A stretch of DNA of 64,000 bases from Escherichia coli (GTDB taxonomy: Bacteria > Pseudomonadota > Gammaproteobacteria > Enterobacterales > Enterobacteriaceae). The stretch lies in the NCBI RefSeq assembly GCF_048403405.1, contig NZ_CP183129.1. The stretch is one strand, 5' to 3'. A program made the position numbers and the translations under genes. Positions 34,703-51,120 of the stretch are shown piece after piece. Every line of letters begins with the position of its first letter. Within the stretch, counting starts at the first letter, position 1. Under the pieces are notes generated by a model. The model saw nothing but the letters and a program-made list of their open reading frames with translations, had not been told where the DNA came from and made no database searches.

Positions 34703-34750
34703 TCAGGGGAAGGTAAAAAAGAATGCGAAGAAAAACGGTGTGTGTTTCAT
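34703..34750 (-). CDS. pheL: pheA leader peptide (15 aa, 7 Phe codons)
   Basis: Reverse complement atgaaacacacaccgtttttcttcgcattcttttttaccttcccctga = [15 protein letters not shown]. Confidence 0.85.
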   Translation of the reverse strand: [15 protein letters not shown]

Positions 34751-34853
34751 GTTTGTTTCCTTAAGTGACTTCAGTACAGTACCCGTACTGTTTTCACGCT
34801 GTCAACAAAAAACGCGCCCGAAGGCGCGTTGGCGATACACTCAATATAAAGGA

Positions 34854-35249
<396 letters not shown>

Positions 35250-35465
35250 TCAAAATGTGTGATGGAAATCTCATAATTTTGTCACTTTTTGTCAACGAAT
35301 CTTTTTTGTGAGAAATCGCAGGAAGAGGTGTTTTTTTACTTGAGGAATATCTCAAAGCGAGCCATATTTGATGAGATCGATAGTGACTAAATCGCTTCAG
35401 TTTCACAACTGACAGAATAAAAAAACGGCAGCTCAAGGGCTGCCGTTTTGTGTTTCAGGTTTCTG

Positions 35466-36203
35466 TTATGTATTGCTGCTGTTTGCGGCGATGATTTTCG
35501 CTACTTTTTCAGCTTGCGCATTCATCTGCATCTGACGGTATGCATTTTCCATCAGCGGCAGCGCATCACGCGTAGCCTGGGTATCCGGGTAGTCGCGCAA
35601 CATGCCTTCTACGCGGTTAACGACGGCAACCCATGCGCCACGTTCTGTATAGTACTCGGCAACGGAGTATTCATATTTCGCCAGACGATCTTTCAGGAAT
35701 ACCAGACGTTTGGTGGCATCGGTGGTGTACTGACTGTTCGGATAGCCGCGCACCAGTTTGGAAAAGTCACTAAACGCAGCTCGTGCATGTTGAGGATCGC
35801 GATCGCTACGATCGACGCCAAAGAACCCTTGCAGTGCACTGTCATCGAGCGCCATATTGGTCAGGCCACGCATGTACATGACATAATCGATATTCGGATG
35901 GGTCGGGTTAAGGCGAATAAAACGATCGATGGCAGCCTGTGCTAACGGCAAATCGGCGTTTTTATAGTAGGCGTAGATGAGATCCAGCTGCACCTGCTGC
36001 GAATACGGACCAAACGGATAGCGATTATCTAACGCTTCCAGTTGCGTTATTGCCTGTCTCCAGTTACCGTCCTGCAGCTTTTGTTGTGCAGTCGCGTAAA
36101 TTTCATTTGGCGGATTATCAGGTACTTCTTCCTTTGACCCCGAGCAACCCGCCAAAAACAGGCTTAGTGTGGCGGCTGCCACCAGATATTTCATGCGCGT
36201 CAT
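35466..36203 (-). CDS. bamD: outer membrane protein assembly factor BamD (YfiO), TPR lipoprotein
   Basis: 245-aa [70 protein letters not shown]... Confidence 0.93.
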
Positions 36204-36337
36204 GACGTTTTGACTTTCCTCAAAATGTAATACGGGAGATTCTCTGTTCCTGCTCCCGGTTAAGACCAGCTACAATAGCACACTATATTAAACGGCAAAG
36301 CCGTAAAACCCCAACGATAAACGAAGAAGCAGTATAT

Positions 36338-37318
36338 ATGGCACAACGAGTACAGCTCACTGCAACGGTGTCCGAAAACCAACTCGGTCAACGCTTAGAT
36401 CAGGCTTTGGCCGAAATGTTCCCGGATTATTCACGTTCGCGGATAAAAGAATGGATCCTCGACCAGCGCGTGCTGGTTAACGGCAAAGTTTGTGATAAGC
36501 CGAAAGAAAAAGTATTGGGTGGCGAGCAGGTTGCCATCAACGCAGAGATTGAAGAAGAAGCGCGTTTTGAACCGCAGGATATCCCGCTGGATATCGTCTA
36601 TGAAGATGAAGACATCATCGTCATTAATAAACCGCGCGACCTGGTGGTTCATCCTGGCGCGGGTAACCCGGATGGCACGGTACTGAATGCGTTGCTTCAT
36701 TACTATCCGCCCATTGCCGATGTACCGCGTGCGGGCATCGTCCATCGTCTGGATAAAGACACCACTGGCCTGATGGTTGTGGCAAAAACCGTTCCGGCTC
36801 AGACGCGTTTAGTCGAATCTTTGCAACGGCGTGAAATTACTCGTGAGTATGAAGCGGTGGCAATTGGTCATATGACCGCTGGCGGTACAGTAGATGAACC
36901 AATCAGCCGCCACCCGACCAAACGTACTCACATGGCGGTACATCCCATGGGCAAACCGGCGGTCACTCACTATCGCATCATGGAACACTTCCGTGTGCAC
37001 ACGCGTCTGCGGTTGCGTCTGGAAACCGGACGTACGCACCAGATCCGCGTGCATATGGCCCATATCACTCATCCGCTGGTGGGCGATCCGGTTTATGGTG
37101 GCCGTCCGCGTCCGCCAAAAGGTGCTTCGGAAGCGTTTATCTCCACGCTGCGTAAGTTTGACCGCCAGGCGCTTCATGCAACCATGTTGCGTCTTTATCA
37201 CCCAATCTCCGGCATCGAAATGGAATGGCATGCGCCTATTCCACAAGATATGGTGGAGCTGATTGAGGTGATGCGCGCCGATTTCGAAGAGCATAAGGAT
37301 GAAGTGGACTGGTTATGA
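36338..37318 (+). CDS. rluD: 23S rRNA pseudouridine(1911/1915/1917) synthase
   Basis: 326-aa ORF with S4 domain and RluA-family motif HRLDKDTTGLMVVAKT. Confidence 0.93.
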   Translation: MAQRVQLTATVSENQLGQRLDQALAEMFPDYSRSRIKEWILDQRVLVNGKVCDKPKEKVLGGEQVAINAEIEEEARFEPQDIPLDIVYEDEDIIVINKPRDLVVHPGAGNPDGTVLNALLHYYPPIADVPRAGIVHRLDKDTTGLMVVAKTVPAQTRLVESLQRREITREYEAVAIGHMTAGGTVDEPISRHPTKRTHMAVHPMGKPAVTHYRIMEHFRVHTRLRLRLETGRTHQIRVHMAHITHPLVGDPVYGGRPRPPKGASEAFISTLRKFDRQALHATMLRLYHPISGIEMEWHAPIPQDMVELIEVMRADFEEHKDEVDWL

Positions 37319-38046
37319 GTAAGCTGATTGTCCCGCAGTGGCCGCTGCCAAAAGGTGTTGCGGCCTGTAGCTCCACTCGTATCGGCGGCGTGAGCTTGCC
37401 CCCGTATGACTCGCTCAACCTCGGTGCTCATTGTGGCGATAACCCGGATCACGTTGAGGAGAATCGTAAGCGACTTTTTGCTGCGGGCAATTTGCCTTCA
37501 AAACCGGTCTGGCTTGAGCAGGTACACGGCAAAGATGTGCTTAAGCTTACTGGCGAACCTTATGCCTCAAAACGAGCAGATGCCTCTTATAGCAACACGC
37601 CGGGCACGGTTTGCGCAGTGATGACTGCCGACTGCCTCCCCGTGCTGTTTTGCAATCGAGCGGGAACGGAAGTCGCCGCCGCTCATGCTGGCTGGCGTGG
37701 ACTGTGCTCAGGCGTGCTGGAAGAGACGGTTTCCTGTTTTGCTGATAATCCGGAAAATATTCTCGCCTGGTTAGGGCCGGCAATTGGTCCACGCGCGTTT
37801 GAAGTGGGGGCGGAGGTTCGCGAGGCGTTTATGGCAGTAGACGCCAAAGCGAGTACAGCTTTCATTCAGCATGGTGATAAGTATCTGGCGGATATTTATC
37901 TCCTTGCCCGGCAGCGTCTGGCGAACGTCGGTGTCGAACAAATTTTCGGCGGTGACCGTTGTACATATACGGAAAATGAGACTTTCTTCTCTTATCGTCG
38001 CGACAAGACCACCGGTCGTATGGCAAGTTTCATTTGGCTGATATAA
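37315..38046 (+). CDS. yfiH: YfiH/PgeF family purine nucleoside phosphorylase / peptidoglycan editing factor
   Basis: 243-aa ORF MSKLIVPQWPLPKGVAACSSTRIGGVSLPPYDSLNLGAHCGDNPDHVEENRKRL...; start overlaps rluD stop. Confidence 0.88.
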   Translation: MSKLIVPQWPLPKGVAACSSTRIGGVSLPPYDSLNLGAHCGDNPDHVEENRKRLFAAGNLPSKPVWLEQVHGKDVLKLTGEPYASKRADASYSNTPGTVCAVMTADCLPVLFCNRAGTEVAAAHAGWRGLCSGVLEETVSCFADNPENILAWLGPAIGPRAFEVGAEVREAFMAVDAKASTAFIQHGDKYLADIYLLARQRLANVGVEQIFGGDRCTYTENETFFSYRRDKTTGRMASFIWLI

Positions 38047-38107
38047 CCTAAAGAATCAAGACGATCCGGTACGCGTGATTTTCTTTTCACATTAATCTGG
38101 TCAATAA

Positions 38108-38137
38108 CCTTGAATAATTGAGGGATGACCTCATTTA
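38108..38137 (+). promoter_or_regulatory. sigma32 heat-shock promoter of clpB
   Basis: CTTGAA -35 and gaCCTCATtTA -10-like element ~40-60 bp upstream of the clpB ATG. Confidence 0.6.
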
Positions 38138-38175
38138 ATCTCCAGTAGCAACTTTGATCCGTTATGGGAGGAGTT

Positions 38176-40749
38176 ATGCGTCTGGATCGTCTTACTAATA
38201 AATTCCAGCTTGCTCTTGCCGATGCCCAATCACTTGCACTCGGGCACGACAACCAATTCATCGAACCACTTCATTTAATGAGCGCCCTGCTGAATCAGGA
38301 AGGGGGTTCGGTTAGTCCTTTATTAACATCCGCTGGCATTAATGCTGGCCAGTTGCGCACAGATATCAATCAGGCATTAAATCGTTTACCGCAGGTTGAA
38401 GGTACTGGTGGTGATGTCCAGCCATCACAGGATCTGGTGCGCGTTCTTAATCTTTGCGACAAGCTGGCGCAAAAACGTGGTGATAACTTTATCTCGTCAG
38501 AACTGTTCGTTCTGGCGGCACTTGAGTCTCGCGGCACGCTGGCCGACATCCTGAAAGCAGCAGGGGCGACCACCGCCAACATTACTCAAGCGATTGAACA
38601 AATGCGTGGAGGTGAAAGCGTGAACGATCAAGGTGCTGAAGACCAACGTCAGGCTTTGAAAAAATATACCATCGACCTTACCGAACGAGCCGAACAAGGC
38701 AAACTTGATCCGGTGATTGGTCGTGATGAAGAAATTCGCCGTACCATTCAGGTACTGCAACGTCGTACTAAAAATAACCCGGTACTGATTGGTGAACCAG
38801 GCGTCGGTAAAACTGCCATCGTTGAAGGTCTGGCGCAGCGTATTATCAACGGCGAAGTGCCGGAAGGGTTGAAAGGCCGCCGCGTACTGGCGCTGGATAT
38901 GGGCGCGCTGGTGGCTGGGGCGAAATATCGCGGTGAGTTTGAAGAACGTTTAAAAGGCGTGCTTAACGATCTTGCCAAACAGGAAGGCAACGTCATCCTG
39001 TTTATCGACGAATTACATACCATGGTCGGCGCGGGTAAAGCCGATGGCGCAATGGACGCCGGAAACATGCTGAAACCGGCGCTGGCGCGTGGTGAATTGC
39101 ACTGCGTAGGTGCCACGACGCTTGACGAATATCGCCAGTACATCGAAAAAGATGCTGCGCTGGAACGTCGTTTCCAGAAAGTGTTTGTTGCCGAGCCTTC
39201 TGTTGAAGACACCATTGCTATTCTGCGTGGCTTAAAAGAACGTTACGAACTGCACCACCATGTGCAAATTACTGACCCGGCAATTGTTGCAGCGGCGACG
39301 TTGTCTCATCGCTACATTGCTGACCGTCAGCTGCCGGATAAAGCCATCGACCTGATCGATGAAGCAGCATCCAGCATTCGTATGCAGATTGACTCAAAAC
39401 CAGAAGAACTCGACCGACTCGATCGTCGTATCATCCAGCTCAAACTGGAACAACAGGCGTTAATGAAAGAGTCTGATGAAGCCAGTAAAAAACGCCTGGA
39501 TATGCTCAACGAAGAACTGAGCGACAAAGAACGTCAGTACTCCGAGTTAGAAGAAGAGTGGAAAGCAGAGAAAGCATCGCTTTCTGGTACACAGACCATT
39601 AAAGCGGAACTGGAACAGGCGAAAATCGCTATTGAACAGGCTCGCCGTGTGGGTGACCTGGCGCGGATGTCTGAACTGCAATACGGCAAAATCCCGGAAC
39701 TGGAAAAGCAACTGGAAGCCGCAACGCAGCTCGAAGGCAAAACTATGCGTCTGTTGCGTAATAAAGTGACCGACGCCGAAATTGCTGAAGTGCTGGCGCG
39801 TTGGACGGGGATTCCGGTTTCTCGCATGATGGAAAGCGAGCGCGAAAAACTGCTGCGTATGGAGCAAGAGCTGCACCATCGCGTTATTGGTCAGAACGAA
39901 GCGGTTGATGCGGTATCTAACGCTATTCGTCGTAGCCGTGCGGGGCTGGCGGATCCAAATCGCCCGATTGGTTCATTCCTGTTCCTCGGCCCAACGGGTG
40001 TGGGGAAAACTGAGCTTTGTAAGGCGCTGGCGAACTTTATGTTTGATAGCGACGAGGCGATGGTCCGTATCGATATGTCCGAGTTTATGGAGAAACATTC
40101 GGTGTCTCGTCTGGTTGGTGCGCCTCCGGGATATGTTGGTTATGAAGAAGGTGGCTACCTGACCGAAGCTGTGCGTCGTCGTCCGTATTCCGTTATCCTG
40201 CTGGATGAAGTGGAAAAAGCGCATCCGGATGTCTTCAACATTCTGTTGCAGGTACTGGATGATGGGCGTCTGACTGACGGGCAGGGGAGAACGGTCGACT
40301 TCCGTAATACGGTTGTCATTATGACCTCTAACCTCGGTTCCGATTTGATTCAGGAACGCTTCGGTGAACTGGATTATGCGCACATGAAAGAGCTGGTGCT
40401 CGGTGTGGTAAGCCATAACTTCCGTCCGGAATTCATTAACCGTATTGATGAAGTGGTGGTCTTCCATCCGCTGGGTGAACAGCACATTGCCTCGATTGCG
40501 CAGATTCAGTTGAAACGTCTGTACAAACGTCTGGAAGAACGTGGTTATGAAATCCACATTTCTGACGAGGCGCTGAAACTGCTGAGCGAGAACGGTTACG
40601 ATCCGGTCTATGGCGCACGTCCTCTGAAACGTGCAATTCAGCAGCAGATTGAAAACCCGCTGGCACAGCAAATACTGTCTGGTGAATTGGTTCCGGGTAA
40701 AGTGATTCGCCTGGAAGTTAATGAAGACCGGATTGTCGCCGTCCAGTAA
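38176..40749 (+). CDS. clpB: chaperone disaggregase ClpB (Hsp100); internal GTG at 38620 (codon 149) corresponds to the known short-isoform start
   Basis: 857-aa protein [44 protein letters not shown]...; two AAA+ modules; ORF track starts 4 codons upstream. Confidence 0.95.
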
Positions 40750-40755
40750 ATGATA

Positions 40756-40782
40756 AAACGAGCCCTTCGGGGCTCGTTTTTG
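40756..40782 (+). terminator. clpB rho-independent terminator
   Basis: aaacgagcccttcggggctcgttttt. Confidence 0.85.
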
Positions 40783-40864
40783 TCTATAAGTTAGACGGAA
40801 AAGACTATATTTAAGATGTTTTGCCTGAAAAATGAGCGAACGATAAAGTTTTTATATTTTTCGC

Positions 40865-41011
40865 TTGTCAGGCCGGAATAACTCCCTATAATGCGCCACC
40901 ACTGACACGGAACAACGGCAAACACGCCGCCGGGTCAGCGGGGTTCTCCTGAGAATTCCGGCAGAGAAAGCAAAAATAAATGCTTGACTCTGTAGCGGGA
41001 AAGCGTATTAT
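40865..41011 (+). promoter_or_regulatory. rrn operon tandem promoters P1 and P2 with upstream AT-rich UP element
   Basis: P1: TTGTCA -35 (40865) ... TATAAT -10 (40887) followed by GC-rich discriminator gcgccacc; P2: TTGACT (40984) ... TATTAT (41006); AT-rich tract 40840-40862. Confidence 0.85.
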
Positions 41012-41192
41012 GTACACCCCGCGCCGCTGAGAAAAAGCGAAGCGGCACTGCTCTTTAACAATTTATCAGACAATCTGTGTGGGCACTCGAAGATACGGAT
41101 TCTTAACGTCGCAAGACGAAAAATGAATACCAAGTCTCAAGAGTGAACACGTAATTCATTACGAAGTTTAATTCTTTGAGCATCAAACTTTT

Positions 41193-42734
<1,542 letters not shown>

Positions 42735-42819
42735 CCTTAAAGAACTGTGCTTTGCAGTGCTCACACAGATTGTCTGATAGAAAGTGAAAAGCAAGGCGTC
42801 TTGCGAAGCAGACTGATAC

Positions 42820-42895
42820 GTCCCCTTCGTCTAGAGGCCCAGGACACCGCCCTTTCACGGCGGTAACAGGGGTTCGAATCCCCTAGGGGACGCCA
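42820..42895 (+). tRNA. gltW: tRNA-Glu (anticodon UUC) in the 16S-23S spacer
   Basis: GTCCCCTTCGTCTAGAGGCCCAGGACACCGCCCTTTCACGGCGGTAACAGGGGTTCGAATCCCCTAGGGGACGCCA. Confidence 0.95.
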
Positions 42896-43088
42896 CTTGC
42901 TGGTTTGTGAGTGAAAGTCGCCGACCTTAATATCTCAAAACTCATCTTCGGGTGATGTTTGAGATATTTGCTCTTTAAAAATCTGGATCAAGCTGAAAAT
43001 TGAAACACTGAACAACGAAAGTTGTTCGTGAGTCTCTCAAATTTTCGCAACACGATGATGGATCGAAAGAAACATCTTCGGGTTGTGA

Positions 43089-45992
<2,904 letters not shown>

Positions 45993-46085
45993 ACAACGCC
46001 GAAGATGTTTTGGCGGATTGAGAGAAGATTTTCAGCCTGATACAGATTAAATCAGAACGCAGAAGCGGTCTGATGAAACAGAATT

Positions 46086-46205
46086 TGCCTGGCGGCCTTA
46101 GCGCGGTGGTCCCACCTGATCCCATGCCGAACTCAGAAGTGAAACGCCGTAGCGCCGATGGTAGTGTGGGGTCTCCCCATGCGAGAGTAGGGAACTGCCA
46201 GGCAT
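46086..46205 (+). rRNA. rrfG: 5S ribosomal RNA
   Basis: TGCCTGGCGGCC..GGGAACTGCCAGGCAT, 120 nt. Confidence 0.95.
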
Positions 46206-46215
46206 CAAATTAAGC

Positions 46216-46246
46216 GAAAGGCCATCCGTCAGGATGGCCTTTTTGC
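46216..46246 (+). terminator. rrn operon terminator
   Basis: aaaggccatccgtcaggatggccttttt hairpin plus T-run directly after 5S. Confidence 0.85.
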
Positions 46247-46809
46247 GTTGGTGAAAAAAATGCCGGATGCGACGCTGGCTGAACTGCACCCCAAATGTTG
46301 GACATAATCTGACATCTGAAGGTGCAGTTTATGAAACATTCATTTGAAGTAAAACTTGCCGCTGTAAATCATTACCTGGCTGGTCATGCAGGCATCATTT
46401 CTACGGCAAAACTCTTTCAACTTTCTCACACCAGCCTCTCACACTGGATTAATCTTTTTCTTCTTCACGGTCCTCGGGCACTGGATTGCAGACACAGGCG
46501 TAGCTATTCTCCTGAAGATAAACTTTGCGTGGTTCTTTATGCTCTCGGGCATTCTGAGTCTCTACCCCGGGTAGCTGCCCGGTTTAACATTCCCAGCCAC
46601 AACACGGTTAAAAACTGGATAAAAGGCTACCGCAAATCTGGTAATGAGGCCTTTATCAGGCGCAGGAAGGAGAAATGCATGACCCGTTCTGATGATACCC
46701 ATGAAAACGAGGCAAACATGACGCCGGAAGAGATGAAGAATGAGCTGCGTTATCTTCGCGCAGAAAATGCATATCTGAAAGCCATGCAGGAGCATCTCCT
46801 GGAAAAAAA

Positions 46810-47712
<903 letters not shown>

Positions 47713-47987
47713 GGCGCGTCTTATCCAGCTTACGCAGGCACGATAGGGGGCAGCTTATTCCTCCACATACGCCAGCGAATACGGCTTCCCCAACTTGCCC
47801 ACCTCCATACGTGTCCTCCTTACCAGAAATTTATCCTTAAGCTCCTCAATAACCATTTTCCTGCTAACTAAATTCGTGGTTAAGGTTGCATGATGATATG
47901 CAACAAATGTATAACGTTTTCTTTACCAAAAGAAATAAACAAAAGCGACCGACAAAAGCATCGGATTACGGCAGGAGACATAATGGC

Positions 47988-49286
47988 ATGGCTGAAAGTA
48001 CTGTAACGGCAGACAGCAAACTGACAAGTAGTGATACTCGTCGCCGCATTTGGGCAATTGTGGGGGCCTCTTCAGGTAATCTGGTCGAGTGGTTCGATTT
48101 CTATGTCTACTCGTTCTGTTCACTCTACTTCGCTCACATCTTCTTCCCTTCCGGGAACACGACGACTCAACTACTGCAAACAGCAGGTGTTTTTGCTGCG
48201 GGATTTCTGATGCGCCCAATAGGCGGTTGGCTATTTGGCCGCATAGCCGATAAACATGGTCGCAAAAAATCGATGCTGTTATCGGTGTGTATGATGTGTT
48301 TCGGCTCACTGGTTATCGCCTGTTTGCCAGGCTACGAAACAATCGGTACCTGGGCTCCGGCATTATTGCTTCTTGCTCGTTTATTCCAGGGATTATCCGT
48401 TGGCGGAGAATATGGCACCAGCGCCACCTATATGAGTGAAGTTGCCGTTGAAGGGCGCAAAGGTTTTTACGCATCATTTCAGTATGTGACGTTGATCGGC
48501 GGGCAACTGCTAGCTCTACTGGTTGTCGTGGTTTTACAACACACCATGGAAGACGCTGCACTCAGAGAGTGGGGATGGCGTATTCCTTTCGCGTTAGGAG
48601 CTGTGTTAGCTGTTGTGGCGTTGTGGTTACGTCGTCAGTTAGATGAAACTTCACAACAAGAAACACGCGCTTTAAAAGAAGCTGGATCTCTGAAAGGATT
48701 ATGGCGCAATCGCCGTGCATTCATCATGGTTCTCGGTTTTACCGCTGCGGGCTCCCTTTGTTTCTATACCTTCACCACTTATATGCAGAAGTATCTGGTA
48801 AATACTGCGGGAATGCATGCCAACGTGGCGAGTGGCATTATGACTGCCGCATTGTTTGTATTCATGCTTATTCAACCACTCATTGGCGCGCTGTCGGATA
48901 AGATTGGTCGTCGTACCTCAATGTTATGTTTCGGTTCTCTGGCAGCCATTTTTACCGTTCCTATTCTCTCAGCATTGCAAAACGTTTCCTCGCCTTATGC
49001 CGCTTTTGGTCTGGTGATGTGTGCCCTGCTGATCGTGAGTTTTTATACTTCAATCAGTGGAATACTGAAGGCTGAGATGTTCCCGGCACAGGTTCGTGCA
49101 TTAGGTGTTGGTCTGTCATATGCGGTCGCCAATGCTATATTTGGTGGTTCGGCGGAGTACGTAGCGTTGTCGCTGAAATCAATAGGAATGGAAACAGCCT
49201 TCTTCTGGTATGTGACCTTGATGGCCGTGGTGGCGTTTCTGGTTTCTTTGATGCTACATCGCAAAGGGAAGGGGATGCGTCTTTAG
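47988..49286 (+). CDS. kgtP: alpha-ketoglutarate:H+ symporter (MFS)
   Basis: [57 protein letters not shown]... (432 aa); ORF track starts upstream at 47886. Confidence 0.92.
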
Positions 49287-49606
49287 TGACGGGTCAGTTG
49301 CCAGACGGTATAGCCAGTAGTTGCACCGGCGACATCCCAGGTAAAATCTTTCCAGCTCCAGCCGCTCCCCTCGGGGCGGCTATCCCAAAGTTCTTTTGAC
49401 GCCCCCAGCCCAACAGAGAACATCAGCCCGAAAGTGGCACTGCGATCGCGACTCATCCCCTGATGCTGTGCATATTCATTTCCGGCGGCGGAAAGCATCG
49501 CCGAGGCGATAAAGTGTTGAGCTTTATCCTGCCCGCTCCAGCTATCGTTAGCCATATGGCTGCATCCAGAAAGTAATAATAGCGAACAGACAAAAAGAAT
49601 ACGCAA
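49283..49606 (-). CDS. yfiM: lipoprotein YfiM
   Basis: Lipobox LLSGC; ORF track begins at a TTG (49627); a second in-frame TTG at 49606 gives the 107-aa form ([23 protein letters not shown]...). Confidence 0.7.
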
Positions 49607-49651
49607 AACGTGGCCTCCAAAAAACAAACCCCGTACAGGACGGGGTTGTGA

Positions 49652-51007
49652 TTACAGGATGCGGCTAATTAATCGGTCGATGCGGATACGGCGCAAACGA
49701 CGGATGAGTTTACGAACCTTCACCGGATAATCGGCAATACTTTGCAGGTCGCGATAGTGCTTAACGATGGTGGTATGCTCGCGGATCAGCTCCAGTTCTT
49801 TCTCTCGTTGTGGCGCAAGCTCCAGTTGCGGATCGTGGATCAAAATAGCGTTTTCCAGATCCAGACGCCAGGCGCGCGGGTTCAGGTTATTACCAGTGAT
49901 CAACATCCACTTATCATCAACCCACATCCCTTTCAGGTGATAGGTGTTGTCGTCATCTTTCCATAACCGAACCACTAACTGGTCAGTGTTGACGTAATAC
50001 TGCAAACGGCTCAGGAAACGACGCAGATTGATCTCATAGAGATAAGGCAATGCGCCAATTATCTTGAAAGGTTCATCTTCCGGAATGTAGAAGTCATTCG
50101 CGGTTTTATCACCAACAATAATTTCGACCTTTTTCCCTTCGCGCAGCAACTGGATAATATTGCGCACAAGGATTGCTGGCAGGTTGAAGTAAGGTGTGCA
50201 GATGGTTAGTTTCTGCTCGGCACAAGGCATAAGATGGAAAATGGTCTTGTTCAACAGACTCGATTTCCCCAGACCTACCAACGGCGTTACGGAAAGCTGA
50301 TCGTTGTCGGCATCGCCCTGGAAATGATAAGCGGCATCACGCAGCTCCTGGCGGAACAGACGAATATCGTTCTTGATTTCCGGGCTTTTTGGCCGATTAA
50401 CATCATCCAGACGATTAACGCCGCGGCCATTCATAATATTCTGTGTAACCCATTCAAACATAATGTCTGACATCTTACGGTTACGGATAAGATGATAACG
50501 GTCGTAGCGATATTTATCGTGCTGATGCAGGTAAACATCGTTCAGGCTGGCACCGCTATAAAGTACGCTATCGTCGATGATAAAGCCTTTAAAGTGCAGA
50601 ACACCAAGGGCTTCACGGGTATTGATTGGAACGCCATAAACCGGAACATCTACGCCCGGATTTTCCTGCGCCATGCGGCAGTACCAGTCAGCGTTAGTGT
50701 TAGATGCCGCAGCGCCAATGCGTCCACGTTGTGCACGATGCCAGTCGACCAGCACCCGCACATCCAGTTCCGGACGCTGCCTTTTAGCCTCATACAACGC
50801 GTTCAGAATGCCTTTGCCACCGTCATCCTGTTCGAGATACAGGGCGACAATGCAAATGCGCTGCTTCGCGCTGGCTATTTTTTCCAGCAGCGTCTCCCGG
50901 AAGTCGGCGGGAGCGTAAAAGAAATCGACATCATCAACTGATTGAGAAATCTTGGGTAGTTGGGCAAGGTGTTGTTGATGTTTATTACGCTTAAATTTTG
51001 ACAACAT
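49652..51007 (-). CDS. pssA: CDP-diacylglycerol--serine O-phosphatidyltransferase (phosphatidylserine synthase)
   Basis: MLSKFKRNKHQQHLAQLPKISQSVDDVDFFYAPADFRETLLEKIASAKQRICIVALYLEQDDGG... two PLD-type HKD regions; 451 aa. Confidence 0.93.
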   Translation of the reverse strand: MLSKFKRNKHQQHLAQLPKISQSVDDVDFFYAPADFRETLLEKIASAKQRICIVALYLEQDDGGKGILNALYEAKRQRPELDVRVLVDWHRAQRGRIGAAASNTNADWYCRMAQENPGVDVPVYGVPINTREALGVLHFKGFIIDDSVLYSGASLNDVYLHQHDKYRYDRYHLIRNRKMSDIMFEWVTQNIMNGRGVNRLDDVNRPKSPEIKNDIRLFRQELRDAAYHFQGDADNDQLSVTPLVGLGKSSLLNKTIFHLMPCAEQKLTICTPYFNLPAILVRNIIQLLREGKKVEIIVGDKTANDFYIPEDEPFKIIGALPYLYEINLRRFLSRLQYYVNTDQLVVRLWKDDDNTYHLKGMWVDDKWMLITGNNLNPRAWRLDLENAILIHDPQLELAPQREKELELIREHTTIVKHYRDLQSIADYPVKVRKLIRRLRRIRIDRLISRIL

Positions 51008-51120
51008 CACAGTGCATTTCTTCTCTGTTCATTGAAGGGTCCTCTGTGCAATGCAGACGACATAAGCGGGCAATAATAACACCAGTCCCGATTAAGTGGT
51101 CAACATTTCCAGTACCTTAC

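Noticed and set aside
46086-46205. Apparent base differences in 5S rRNA relative to the sequence I remember
   Set aside because: E. coli rrf copies are heterogeneous and my recall is not exact enough to call a variant.
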